From NCBI GenBank assembly GCA_963808625.1, contig CAWEHK010000042.1, forward strand, positions 1 through 64,000: a stretch of DNA of 64,000 nucleotides, written 5' to 3'. Source of the DNA: an uncultured delta proteobacterium. GTDB taxonomy: Bacteria; Desulfobacterota; Syntrophobacteria; Syntrophobacterales; Syntrophobacteraceae. The notes under the pieces were generated by a model. That model was not told the DNA's origin and did no database searches. It saw only the letters and a list, made by a program, of their open reading frames with translations. The translations under genes and the position numbers were made by a program. Positions 1 through 10,750 of the stretch are shown piece by piece (the stretch's first letter is position 1; each line of letters opens with the position of its first letter).

Positions 1-736
1 AACTCGGTATCTTTTGTGAAGACCAAAAAGCCGTCCTTCTCAGTGAGCACCCCTTCAGCAATGAGTTGCTTGCGCTGAGCCATGACATAGGGATACTTCT
101 CCATAGATGGGCGCTCTTCTACGATGGCCGCGGAGCCACGAAGGACGACAAAACCGTTGGGGGTGCGCTGGCCTCGCCCCCAGGAAATCTTCATACGGCA
201 CCGAAGCACGCCACCACGCTGGGTTTTGCATCGGGTTGAGAGATCGGCGAGAGAATATCGGAGCCGAGGACGGGAAGAAGCTGACGAATGCGGGCGAGAA
301 AGACCTCCATGTCTTCACGATCTGATTCGGGGAGCTTTGAGCCGCCCGACTGATTTTGCTCAAGTGCGAATCTATTGACCTTTGCAGCTTCAGCAAGGAG
401 ACGACTCTCAAGATACCTAACATGGGCCTTGGTTAGATTCTCGTCCTTGCTGACGAAAACGATGGCCGAGACCCAAAACTCCTTTGACCTGTGTTGCCTT
501 AACCGATCACGTATGACCTCAGCTTCGCCAATGTAAGCACGAGGTGTGCTGGTCAGCGGATCGCTGCCAATCAGTATGTACACCCCGGCTTTGTCGAGTT
601 CCTCGCGAGCCAGGAGTTCATCGAGTTCGGTACGGGGAGCGGCCACGGCCTTCCCGGTCCAATTAGAGATTTCGGCGGTTCGCAAACTCTTTGCATCCCC
701 ACGTGGAAGGAAGAGCTTGATGGTGGCTGATGTCAT
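1..736 (-). CDS. GIY-YIG nuclease family protein with C-terminal DUF4357-like domain (frameshifted near 180-220, runs off the window edge)
   Basis: GVYILIG...AYIGEA motif. Another frame continues as RGQRTPNGFVVLRGSAAI...GFLVFTKDTE, typical of this family's C-terminus. Confidence 0.85.
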
Positions 737-763
737 GACTCCTCCAAAGGCCTCAAAAGGTTG

Positions 764-1084
764 TTAGGCGTCAACCCGCAACGCCTCTTTTACTACTTCC
801 GCAACCGTGTCCTTGTTGATGCCGCGCTTCTTACAGTAACTCGACTGAAGCCAATCAGAGAGTTTCTTTGTGCCTTTGCTTGAATTGCACGCTACGCAAC
901 ATCGGGCAATATTCTCACGAGTGACGATGCTTGAGTCGTTGATGATATGTTCCCAGGTTGCTACCGCTTTCCGGGGGCCACCTGGAGGCATCTGCTCGAT
1001 CATTTGGGTGCCACAGTAGACGCAGGTTTTGTCTCGATTCTTCACTTCTCTTTCGAGCCAATCAGGAATACCCCAATGGTTCAT
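764..1084 (-). CDS. Small HNH endonuclease
   Basis: CVYC...WEH...NIARCCVACNSSKG pattern. ATG at 1084 preceded by GGAGG. Confidence 0.85.
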   Translation of the reverse strand: MNHWGIPDWLEREVKNRDKTCVYCGTQMIEQMPPGGPRKAVATWEHIINDSSIVTRENIARCCVACNSSKGTKKLSDWLQSSYCKKRGINKDTVAEVVKEALRVDA

Positions 1085-1334
1085 GTGCCCTCCGATTGCA
1101 CCCCTAACCAGTGATTGTCCATATCTGGCTATCTCGCCATTTCCGATGATAGCCAGAAAGTTGACGGGTGAGTATCCACCTGAGGCACCCTCACCCAATC
1201 AAGACCGAACAGGCTCATGACATAAGGTTAAGACAATCTACCATCTTCGACTGCAAACGCCAGTACGAGAATAAGCCAAGAGGGGAAAGTCAGCAAGATG
1301 TATCGTTCTCCCGCTCCATGTATGGGCCGCAATC

Positions 1335-2493
1335 CTATATCTCGAAGAGCTCATGCCGTTTCATGAGCTCGCGGAAGATGATGAGTTTCTGCACATCCTG
1401 GGTGCCTTCACCCAGCGACGCGGCCCAGGCGTCCATCGGATACTTATGGATAGGATGCTCGAAAATGACCGAAGCCGCACCAAACAGATCAGCAGCCCAA
1501 ATCCCGATTTCTCTTGCCGCCTCCACCGCAAGGTACTTGGCCAGCGACGATTCGAGCCGGAAGTCGAGTCCCTGATCTTTGAGCCAGCAGGCCTTCTGCA
1601 GGGTCAGGCGGGCCGCTTCGAGCTTGCTGAAGAAGTGGGCGGATTCGAACGATTTGGCCTGGAAATGGACGATGCTCTCGCCGAAGATCTTGCGCTTTTG
1701 GGCATGGCTGAAACCGTGCTCAAAGGCGCCTATTGCCGTTCCCAGTGTCAGAGCACCGATCTCGATCCTGCTGTGAGTGAAAATGCTCAAGACCTGCTGC
1801 AACCCTCGGCCCCGCTCACCAACGAGGTTTGCTTCAGGAACAAAGACATCCTTGAACTGCAGCCGGGTAAGGTCCGATGGAATCCACACCCGCTTGTTGA
1901 GCTTCGTTCGGGAGACGCCGGCCGCCGCTAAATCCACCAAAAACATCGACAGCCTTTGGGTCCTCGAAGCTTCCGGGTCGGACACGGCGGTGATGAGGGC
2001 AAAATCGCTAAGGCTCCCATTCGTAACGTAGGCTTTGGTGCCGTTGAGCACCCAGCCGCCGGCAACCGGATCAGCTTTGGTCGCAATGCCCGCCACGTCA
2101 CTGCCGGCGGTGGGCTCCGTGTTGCCAAGGCACACGAGGGTCTCCCCCCGAATCGCCGGGGGCAGCATGTTCCGCAGTTTGCGCCTCGTTCCCGAAGAGA
2201 AAGAGCCCCTTGATGCCAAGAGAGATCTGCACCGCCACCGCCACCGCCACCCCTGGTGAGAGTCTCGCCAGAGATTCCATGAGGATGGCCTGCTTCAGGG
2301 CCGGTTGTTCCTGAAAGCCTTCGCCGTTCGCGGCAAAACCCAGCCATCCGTTGCTTCCAAGCTCCCGGAAAAAGGTCCGCGGGATGGCCCCATCCTCATA
2401 CCATTGTGAGACATGAGGTCGGAGATGTTCGCCAAGAAAAGCCTGGTAACGCTTCAGGTCCTCGCTTATTGCCTGCGGTAATCGAAAGTCCAT
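1335..2493 (-). CDS. Acyl-CoA dehydrogenase (one frameshift near 2170)
   Basis: TEPTAGSD, LNGTKAYVTNG and GEGTQDVQK motifs. The N-terminus MDFRLPQ is in an adjacent frame. Confidence 0.9.
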
Positions 2494-2667
2494 GATTTGG
2501 CTCCTTGTTCGATCCTTCTCCGCCCGCCCGATTTTACTCGAGCACCATCCGGCGTTCCGGATCGGAGATGTTGACGGCGGTAGCGGTGAGGTTAAGAAGG
2601 GACCCCGCAACGATTGGGGTGGATCATGAGTGGTTGAGCGCCATGATGGGTGACGGCGTCGCGGAGA

Positions 2668-3063
2668 TCAATCGCGCTTCTTGCTGCTGCCTATTTTATC
2701 GACCACTTTTTCGTAATAGTGCTGGTTCTCTTCCAGGGCCATGGAGACGCGGCGGGTCATGTTGAGCTTCATGATCAGGTAATTGAGCTTCTTCATCTGC
2801 TTGTACTTCTCCTGGGTGTCCTGAATCCCGGCAAGCAACTGTTCGGTCGTGCGAATCTCTTTGCGCAGCTCCAGTTCCGGCGGAAGACAATCGGCGTTTT
2901 TCAGGATTTTGTAAGCCATGCGAAGGTCCGGCGGCAGATGACTGTCGTCTTCCAGATCAAGGGGCTTTCCCTTGCCCGGAAGGTCGTCGAATTCACCCCG
3001 CTCGATGGCTTCGCGGATCCGTTCCTCGGCAATTTTATCCATGATATCAAATAGATTGCCCAT
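2668..3063 (-). CDS. DUF1992 / DnaJ-family-associated protein
   Basis: IAEERIREAIERGEFDDLPGKGKPL and MAYKILKNA signature. Confidence 0.9.
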   Translation of the reverse strand: MGNLFDIMDKIAEERIREAIERGEFDDLPGKGKPLDLEDDSHLPPDLRMAYKILKNADCLPPELELRKEIRTTEQLLAGIQDTQEKYKQMKKLNYLIMKLNMTRRVSMALEENQHYYEKVVDKIGSSKKRD

Positions 3064-3102
3064 AGCTTTCCTCGCTAAAGTTTACTCCTGATAAATGCTA
3101 TA

Positions 3103-3204
3103 ATCGCAAGCGATCGATCTCGGTCCTCGCGAACTTTGGGGCGGGTTGGAAAACCCGCCCTCCTTTGGGCCATGATCGCAAGCGATCGATCAAGGTCCTG
3201 CGAA
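3103..3204. repeat. Direct repeat of about 30 bp flanking a REP-like hairpin
   Basis: ATCGCAAGCGATCGATC at 3103 and 3175. GGGCGGGTTGGAAAACCCGCCC hairpin at 3139-3160. Confidence 0.7.
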
Positions 3205-3337
3205 ACCGGAAAACGTCACCCTCACACAGGGGGCTTTAACCCTGGGCCGGAGGGGACTTCCGCTTTGGCGGGAAGGGCCTTGGCGGGATGATACCCGAGT
3301 CCGCACAGCTCGAAAGATAACCTGAAAGGGGCAAACG

Positions 3338-4036
3338 TTGCAAGAGATCGATGAATCGTTACGCGGCCTTTTCCCGCCGCAGATAATCTGGATCGTCGGG
3401 GCGGGACATTTTGGATATCTGGCTGCAAAAAGGCTCAGCAGTCGTTATCCGGAAGCTTCCTTCCTCGTCGTCGATCACCGCCGGGATAAGCTCGACCGGA
3501 TTACAGCGGACTTAGGACTTCCCGTGCAGGCGGAAGATCTTGCATCATTTTTCGAGAGCCGCGAGGTTGACGACGGGACCTGGATTGTTCCGGCGGTTCC
3601 CATCCATTACGCTTTCACATGGCTTCTGCATCAACTGAAGCCGGCAGGGCACGCTGCCCCCCTGCCGGTGCCGGCAGCGGTGGAGGCCCAGATCCCCAAT
3701 CCCTACCGGGCGCCGAGCGGTTCCCTTTGCGCCAGCTTTGCCACCTTTATTTGCCCGGACTCCTGCAACGAACCGGATGACATTTGCACCTACACGAAGA
3801 ACCCGCGTCCCGGGAATCTTTTCGAGGTGCTTGGCGGAATCACGGCCCCGAATTGCGAGGTGATCGTAATCCGGAGCTGGCAGCTTGCACCCGGTGTCGG
3901 CGGCTATCCGGGAAGCATCCTCAAAGGCGCTGCCGAAAAGATCGCAGCCCGTGCTGAAGGGTGTTTCCTGGTTGCCACAAGCTGCCGCTGTCATGGCGTG
4001 ATCGACGCATTGAGCTGGAAGCGAGGCGTTGAGTAA
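3338..4036 (+). CDS. NAD(P)-binding Rossmann protein with Cys-rich C-terminus, function unknown
   Basis: IVGAGHFG dinucleotide-binding motif, CPDSCNEPDDIC and ATSCRCHG. Confidence 0.7.
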   Translation: MQEIDESLRGLFPPQIIWIVGAGHFGYLAAKRLSSRYPEASFLVVDHRRDKLDRITADLGLPVQAEDLASFFESREVDDGTWIVPAVPIHYAFTWLLHQLKPAGHAAPLPVPAAVEAQIPNPYRAPSGSLCASFATFICPDSCNEPDDICTYTKNPRPGNLFEVLGGITAPNCEVIVIRSWQLAPGVGGYPGSILKGAAEKIAARAEGCFLVATSCRCHGVIDALSWKRGVE

Positions 4037-4051
4037 TGCCCTGAAGCATTA

Positions 4052-4241
4052 GAGCGTGTCCAAAAAGTCCTTCTTAGCGTCACCCCCGCATGTTCCCCGA
4101 CGAAAGCCCTCGGGGACAAGCTTTGGCGGGGGTCCAGGCCTTTAAGGACCTGGATTCCCGCTAAGAACATGCGGGTTGACGATACGGGGCTCATTCGGAA
4201 ATCACGACAAGGGCACTTACTTTCGGTTTTCAGACACGCTC
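4052..4241. mobile_element. MITE with IS5-type terminal inverted repeats and an internal REP-like palindrome
   Basis: Ends GAGCGTGTCCAAAA and TTTTCAGACACGCTC, TTA on both sides (4049-4051 and 4242-4244), no coding capacity. Confidence 0.8.
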
Positions 4242-4244
4242 TTA

Positions 4245-5135
4245 GAGCTGTCTAAAAAGTTTATAGATTGATAAGTCAACATGGGACAACCCTAGCAATG
4301 GAGGAGCCCATGTGTGACACAAGCCAACCGCGGCAGCCGTATTCCAGTGACTTGAGTGTGAATGAATGGCAGTTTCTCAAACCGCTGGTTCCCATGCCTA
4401 AACATGGCGGGAGACCGGCCAAATACGAGCGTTTGGAGATCCTCAATGCGATACTGTATCTGGTGCGCTCCGGTTGCGCGTGGCGTCTTTTGCCACATGA
4501 CTTCCCTCCCTGGCGGATCGTCTATCACTACTTCTCGTCATGGCGCCGTGATGGCACATGGACACAGGTCCATGACGCGCTACGATCCCAGGTGCGCATT
4601 GCCGAGGGACGGGAAGCCGAACCAAGTGCAGCCATCCTCGACAGCCAATCGGTCAAGACGACCGAAAAAGGGGGCTCCATGGATATGATGCCGGCAAGAA
4701 GGTCAATGGCCGCAAACGGCATCTGCTCGTAGACACGCTGGGTTTGGTTATTGCCGTAGTCGTTCATGCAGCCAACATTCAGGATCGAGACGGTGCCAAA
4801 ATACTCTTCTCTCTGATACGCGATGCCTATCTGCGTATCCGGCTGGTTTGGGCCGATGGGGGATACGCTGGAAAATTGATCGAGTGGGTCGCTTCTTTGC
4901 GAAACAGCAACTGCCTCCGGTTGGAGATTGTGAAAAGGTCCGACGCAATCAAAGGCTTTTACGTTCTTCCGCGCCGCTGGGTTGTGGAGAGAACCTTTGG
5001 CTGGTTGGGACGTCATCGGAGACTTTCCAAAGATTATGAGTACCTGACTGAAACCAGTGAAAACATGATCCGTGTCGCCATGATCAAATTGATGGTGCGG
5101 CGACTCGCATCCGGCTGACCTTTTTAGACACGCTC
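4245..5135 (+). mobile_element. IS5 family insertion sequence (IS1031-like)
   Basis: TIRs GAGCTGTCTAAAAAG and CTTTTTAGACACGCTC, TTA target duplication, DDE transposase inside. Confidence 0.92.
4310..5118 (+). CDS. IS5 transposase, two ORFs joined by a -1 frameshift
   Basis: YSSDLS...W, AAILDSQSVKT, GYDAGKKVNGRKRH, WADGGY and RWVVERTFGW motifs. A5G5 run at 4665-4674. Confidence 0.9.
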
Positions 5136-5669
5136 TTAGAGACCCAGGAACTCTTTCAGTCTCATTAACAGCGAGGTTGGTTCTGTACCGGGTACAACAC
5201 TCGTCGTTTTTTGGTTTCTTTCAGGGGAATCTTCCCAGTAAACCATTTCGCCGGCATGCAATCCCATTACCTTCACAACTGCAGGATAGAGCTTGCTGGA
5301 AACGAAATATTTCGACACCACCACGTCCCTGGCCAAATAGACGGCCGTTTCTTTGAAGTAGATGCCGATGCCGTGGTGCTGGTGCGGAATCGACAGGATG
5401 GTCTCGATCCCCGGCAGCTCACTCTTAAGATTGTCCCATTTGATACTCTCTGCATAGGCGTGGACCTGTTCCCAGGCCGCAGGGGCTGGTGTGTCAATGA
5501 GAAAAAGCAAAGAAATATACTGTGCATGCTGCTCTGTTCCCTTGGGCGTTGAAATCTTGCAAAGGCCTGATTCCGGTTTGTTTCCGCCGAGACGGAGCTG
5601 AAAATCGAAAAAGGCGAGCATTTCCTCTTTGTTGAAAAGATCAATCAACTGCTGATTCACGTCGATCAT
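5136..5669 (-). CDS. Hypothetical protein
   Basis: 177-aa ORF with ATG start and natural composition. Its stop codon is the IS target TTA. Confidence 0.7.
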   Translation of the reverse strand: MIDVNQQLIDLFNKEEMLAFFDFQLRLGGNKPESGLCKISTPKGTEQHAQYISLLFLIDTPAPAAWEQVHAYAESIKWDNLKSELPGIETILSIPHQHHGIGIYFKETAVYLARDVVVSKYFVSSKLYPAVVKVMGLHAGEMVYWEDSPERNQKTTSVVPGTEPTSLLMRLKEFLGL

Positions 5670-5685
5670 GGGGAAAAACCTTTTT

Positions 5686-5750
5686 AGTGGCTAGTGCCTA
5701 GTGGCTATGTATGCTATGTAGTGGTTAGCAGCTAGCGGTGAGAGAATGGC
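5686..5750. repeat. Degenerate heptamer tandem repeat (TAGTGGC type)
   Basis: tagtggctagtgcctagtggctatg... read directly. Confidence 0.55.
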
Positions 5751-5873
5751 TAGTACAGCTGGGCGGAAGTTTCTGGTCAGTTCGGCCACCATTCAACCGG
5801 ATTGTGTAGGGGCGACCGGCTGGTCGCCCCTACCAGCCGAAACCAATTAGTGACTTCCGCCCACGCGTACTAG
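5750..5873. mobile_element. MITE-like element flanked by CTAG, containing a GTAG-type REP palindrome
   Basis: CTAGTAC..TGGGCGGAAGT and ACTTCCGCCCA..GTACTAG inverted ends. GTAGGGGCGACCGGCTGGTCGCCCCTAC at 5806-5833. Confidence 0.7.
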
Positions 5874-5876
5874 TCA

Positions 5877-6885
5877 CTAGCCATTGGCCACTGCTTTCTC
5901 TTCCAAATAGTCCTCTCTTCGCACCAGGCCCTTCAGGGGTCCCTGCCTGAGGAAGCGAATCACATTTTCCACCGCACGGTGGGTGGCTTCGAGCATTATT
6001 CCCGGGACCTTTGCCGAGTTGTGAGGGCAGCCCAGAAAGTTCGGCAGATCGAAGAAGGGATGGTTGGTGCGAAATTCCCCGTGGCTGAATGGTTCAATCC
6101 ACCAGGATTCAATACCGACCAGGAATTCGGGATTCTTCTGCCAGGCGCTCATACAGTGGCCCTTCCTCGATGATATCCCCGCGAGCGACATTGACCAGAA
6201 TGGCCCGGTTCTTCATCCATGAGAGTTCCCGGTGGCCGATGAGCCCCTTGGTGGAACGGTTGAGAGGCAAGGCAATCACCACAATGTCGGATGATTCCAG
6301 CACATATTTCAGGTCCTTGAGGGTGCCGAGGAAATCGGCCGGTTCGGAGCTCTTCCCGCTGCTGTTGACGGCATAGATCTTCGCTCCCAGGGCCCGAAGG
6401 AGGCGCGCTGCGGCCTGTCCGATCCCGCCAAAACCGAGAATGCCGCACACCGACCCACGCAGCATCCGGCTCGTGGAGACGTCATCGAATTCGGCGCGTT
6501 TCAGCTTTTCATGTTGCACGAAAAGCTGTTTGGCCAGAGCCATCACCATCGCCAGGACATGCTCGGCCATCGGTTCCGCGAAAGCCCCAACATTGCTGGC
6601 AATGATGACCTCATCCGGGAGAAGCGCAAACGGTACGTGGTTGGCTCCGGCAGAAAGGAGCTGGAGGAACCGCAGGTTCTTCATCCCCGCATATTCTTCT
6701 TCGCGCAGCTCTTTGGGAGGGTTCCAGGCAAATAACAGGTCCGCCGTTGCCAACGCTTCCGCCCGCTCTTGGGCCGTGAGGTCCTTAAGAAAGACCAGCC
6801 GGACCAGCGCCTTCAGCCGTTCACTGAGAAGTTCTCGGGCCTCGTTGCCCGGTTTATGGGTGACGACAAGAATTGGTTTTGCCAT
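5877..6885 (-). CDS. D-isomer-specific 2-hydroxyacid dehydrogenase (frameshift near 6150)
   Basis: GILGFGGIG, LVNVARG and C-terminal LGCPHNS motifs. Confidence 0.9.
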
Positions 6886-7292
6886 GATGCTCCTCAAATT
6901 ATCTTTAGAGGGAGGTCGAAGCACTGAGGCTCTTGACCTGCCGTTGACGATGCCTGGTAAACCCGGGGACCGAACCAAAGGGTCTCGATTGACCGGTCCA
7001 TTATGGTTGCATTTGCAGCCAAGATCAAGCAAACCGTGGTGGACATTAATGAAACTCTCTATATAATCTCCGCCCTAGGTACCGCTCCACATAATTGAGT
7101 GTCCCGAACCAGATCGTCTGGTGCCGTGGGTAAGACCGAGAGATACGGGGATGCGGGGAAGCAGGAGCTGCCACGGAGAAAAGGGGGACGCGGAGACGAA
7201 GGAGAGAGGATAGAATCCCGCAGAGATGGAGTTGGAAGTGCAGACTGAGTGATTGCGATTTCCAGGCGAAAGGGGAGGACTGAGATCGGGTG

Positions 7293-8517
7293 ATGGAGCC
7301 GGAAAAACTTTCAAAGCTAAGAATCGAGCAGGAGACTCGGGCGACAATCGGCGGCCGCAGGTTCAAACGGGTCCTGTTCGTGATCATTGCCCTGGTGCTT
7401 CTCGCCGCAGTCGCCTATGCGCGTGAACCGGGCCGGGTTTTTTGCGGCGGCGTTCCCGGTGCAGATCACCGCCGTAACCTGGGTATACCCTTCGCAAACC
7501 ATCGCGGACTTCAATGCCAGCGGGTACGTGGTGGCGCAGCGTCGGGCTTCGGTAGCGTCCAAAGGGACGGGGCGGCTTGAGCGCCTCACCGTCCAGGAGG
7601 GCAGCAGAGTAAAGCAGGGAGACCTCCTTGCCGAACTGGAAAACGATGACGTTAAGGCAGAATACGCTCAAGTTGTCAGGCACAATTGGCCGCAGCGCGA
7701 GCCGATCTGGTCAGGGCCGAGACGGAAAAACGCACGGCCGAGAGGAATTTCAGGCGTTACCAGAACCTTTGGGAGCAAAAGGTTATTCCTCGGGCTGAAT
7801 ACGAAACCGCGGAAGATCAGTACACCCGAACGAGGGCCGGCGTTGATGGGGTAAAAGCCAACATCCGCGCCCTGGAAGCAGCCCTGAACACGGGCTTCCG
7901 TCCTCATTGAATATACGGCCATCCGCGCCCCCTTCGATGGGGTGGTGCTCACCAAGAATGCCGACGTGGGTGAAGTGGTGGCGCCGTTTGGTTCTTCCAT
8001 CAACGCCAAAGCGGCAGTCGTAACCATGGCCGATCTCTCCTCGCTGATGGTGCAGGCCGATGTTTCGGAATCATTCCTGCCGAGGGTGCGACTCGACCAG
8101 GCCTGCGAAATCCAGCTGGATGCCCTCCCCGACAGCCGTTTTCCGGGGACCGTCAACACCATTGTCCCGACCGCCGATCGTGCCAAGGGTACGGTCATGG
8201 TCAAGGTCGCCTTCGACCACCTGGACCCGCGCATCCTTCCTGAAATGAGCGCCCGGGTGGCATTTCTGGCGAGACCTCTGAGCGCACAGGAACTCCTCCC
8301 GTTTCTGGGCGCGCATCGTGAGGTGCTCACCGAGCGCAATGGCAAGCAGGGTCTGTTTCAGATGGTAAACGACCGCGCTCAGTGGATTGCCGCTCCTGCA
8401 GTCGAGCTCAAGGGAGACTATGTGGTTTTGGCCGGCTTGTTGAAGGGAGGGGAACAGGTCGTCCTCAAACCGCCACCGCAGCTCACCTCCGGAGACCGGG
8501 TCAAGATTGCGGAGTGA
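7293..8517 (+). CDS. Efflux membrane fusion protein (MacA/HlyD type), several frameshifts
   Basis: N-terminal TM helix, NASGYVVAQRRASVASK, IRAPFDGVVL and PTADRAKGTV. Confidence 0.88.
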
Positions 8518-8810
8518 TGTCGGATGTCGGATGTCGGATGTCGGATTTCGGATGTCGGATGTCGGATGTCGGATGTCGGATTTCGGATGTCGGAAGTGGG
8601 ATGTCGGATCTCGGATTGCGCAGCAGTGTGCTCAATTCGTGTGACTTCGTTGATCTTCGTGTGACTTTGTGGACAGCTTTTTAGCAGATTTGTGATATCC
8701 GATGTCGGATTTCGGAAGTGAGGTGTGGGATATCGGATTGTGCAACAGTGTGCTCAATTCGTGTGTCTTCGTTAATCTTCGTGTGACTTCGTGGACAGCT
8801 TTTTAGCATT
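8516..8810. repeat. GATGTCG/GATTTCG heptamer array plus a duplicated block of about 60 bp
   Basis: More than 10 heptamer units right after the stop codon. TGTGCTCAATTCGTGTG...GTGGACAGCTTTTTAGCA occurs twice. Confidence 0.9.
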
Positions 8811-8819
8811 TAGTAGAAC

Positions 8820-9525
8820 ATGACAGGGAACGATTCCACATTCGCAGCGCCACCCATCGTTCTGGCGGAAAACCTCTACAAGTCTTACCGGCGAGGGTCT
8901 CAGGAGATCTCCGTTTTGCGGGGAATCAATCTTAGCGTTCGCTGAGGGCAATTTCGTCGCTTTAATGGGGCCATCGGGCTCCGGGAAGACGACCCTCTTA
9001 AACCTGATCGCCGGCATCGACCGGCCGGATGATGGCCGCTTGATTATTGCCGGCACGGATATCACCCTCCTCGGCGAAGTGGACCTCGCGCGATGGCGAG
9101 CCCACCATATTGGTTTCGTTTTTCAGTTTTACAATCTTCTGCCGGTATTGTCCGGACTGGAGAATGTTGAATTGCCGCTGCTCCTGCGTGACCTTACCCG
9201 GAAGCAGAGCCGTGAGCATGCGATGCTGGCTCTCGAGTTGGTCGGGACTCAAGACCGGATGCACCACTATCCGCGAGAGCTCTCCGGCGGCCAGCAGCAG
9301 CGGGTGGCCATCGCCCGGGCCATCGTCACCGACCCGACGCTTATCGTAGCCGACGAGCCCACGGGAGACCTTGATAAAACCTCGGCGGCCGAAGTCCTCG
9401 CTCTTCTCGAACAGTTGAACCAGGAGTTCGGGAAGACCATCATTATGGTGACCCATGACCCGAGGGCCGCAGAAAAAGCGAAGGAGATCCATCATCTGGA
9501 CAAAGGGGTATTCAACAACGACTGA
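8820..9525 (+). CDS. ABC transporter ATP-binding protein (MacB/LolD type; frameshift near 8940)
   Basis: [27 protein letters not shown] and VTHD. Confidence 0.92.
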
Positions 9526-9580
9526 CCATCGACCACTGGTCACCAATCACTGGCCACTGATCACTGACCACTGACCACTT
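9525..9580. repeat. CACTGAC-type heptamer tandem repeat
   Basis: ccactggtcaccaatcactggccactgatcactgaccactgaccact. Confidence 0.75.
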
Positions 9581-9582
9581 CA

Positions 9583-10740
9583 ATGGAACTGATCAAACTC
9601 ATTCTCCGCAATACCTTACGCCAGCGCTTGCGCGCCACTTAACCATTCTGGGGATGGCGGTGGCCATCCTTGCCTTCTGTCTGCTGCGAACCGTCGTGGA
9701 TGCCTGGTATGCGGGAGTTTCCGCCGCGTCTCCGAACCGCCTCGTCACGCGGAATGCCGTCTCCCTGATCTTTCCTTTGCCGGTCAGTTATCGGCAGAAA
9801 ATCCTGCAGGTCCCCGGGGTGAGCCAGGTTGCCTATGCGAACTGGTTTGGCGGCGTCTATATTGATGAAAGACACTTCTTTCCGCGTATGGCGGTCGGGC
9901 CGGAGATGCTTTTTCGATCTCTTTCCCGAATTTTTGATTCCGGACAGATCAGCTCAAGAATTATCAGAAACAGCGGAACGCCTGCATCGCCGGCCGAAAG
10001 CTGGTACAGAAATACGGCTGGAAACTGGGGGATACCATCAATCTGACGGGCAACATCTATCCTGGCGACTGGCAGTTTGTCCTGCGCGGGGTTTATCGCG
10101 GCGCCACCAAACGACGGACGAGACGCAATTCTTCTTTCACTGGGATTACCTGGATGAAGTGATGAAGAAGAGCATGCCCCATCGGAGTGGCTATGCCGGT
10201 TGGTACGTGGTCCAGATTCGGGACCCTTTTGAAAGCGGAGCAATCTCGCAGACCATCGATGGCCTCTTCAAGAATTCCTGGGCGGAAACGCTAACGGAAA
10301 CCGAAAAGGCTTTCCAGATGGGATTTGTGGCCATGACGGACGCCATCGTGATGGCGGTGCGCATCGTCTCGTTTGTGGTCATTGCGGTGATCCTGCTGGT
10401 GCTTGCCAACACCATGACGATGACGGCGCGGGAACGGATGTCCGAGTACGCGGTGCTCAAGACCCTGGGGTTTGGGAACCGATTTTTGTTTCTCCTCATT
10501 TCCGGGGAATCCATGACGATTGCGCTGCTCGGCGGCGTGCTTGGGGATGGCCCTGGCTTTTCCCGTGGCCCACGTTTTTGCCAAAGAGATGAGCACCCTG
10601 CTGCCGGTCTTCCATATTCATTGGCAGACCCTGGTCCTGGCGACCATGCTCTTCTCGCCATAGGCCTGCTGGCAGCCGCTTTCCCAACCTGGCGTGCGGC
10701 CCGAATTCGCATCGCCTCAGCCTTGAGTCACGTCGGTTGA
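9583..10740 (+). CDS. ABC transporter permease (FtsX/MacB type), several frameshifts
   Basis: LTILGMAVAI, RLVTRNAVSLIFPLP, ANWFGG and RERMSEYAVLKTLGF. Confidence 0.88.
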
Positions 10741-10750
10741 CATCTTAGAT

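Noticed and set aside
7140..7215. Purine-rich stretch resembling 8-mer repeats upstream of the exporter
   Set aside because: Too degenerate to define a repeat unit.
8516..8810. Possible CRISPR array
   Set aside because: The units are contiguous 7-mers with no unique spacers, and there are no cas genes.
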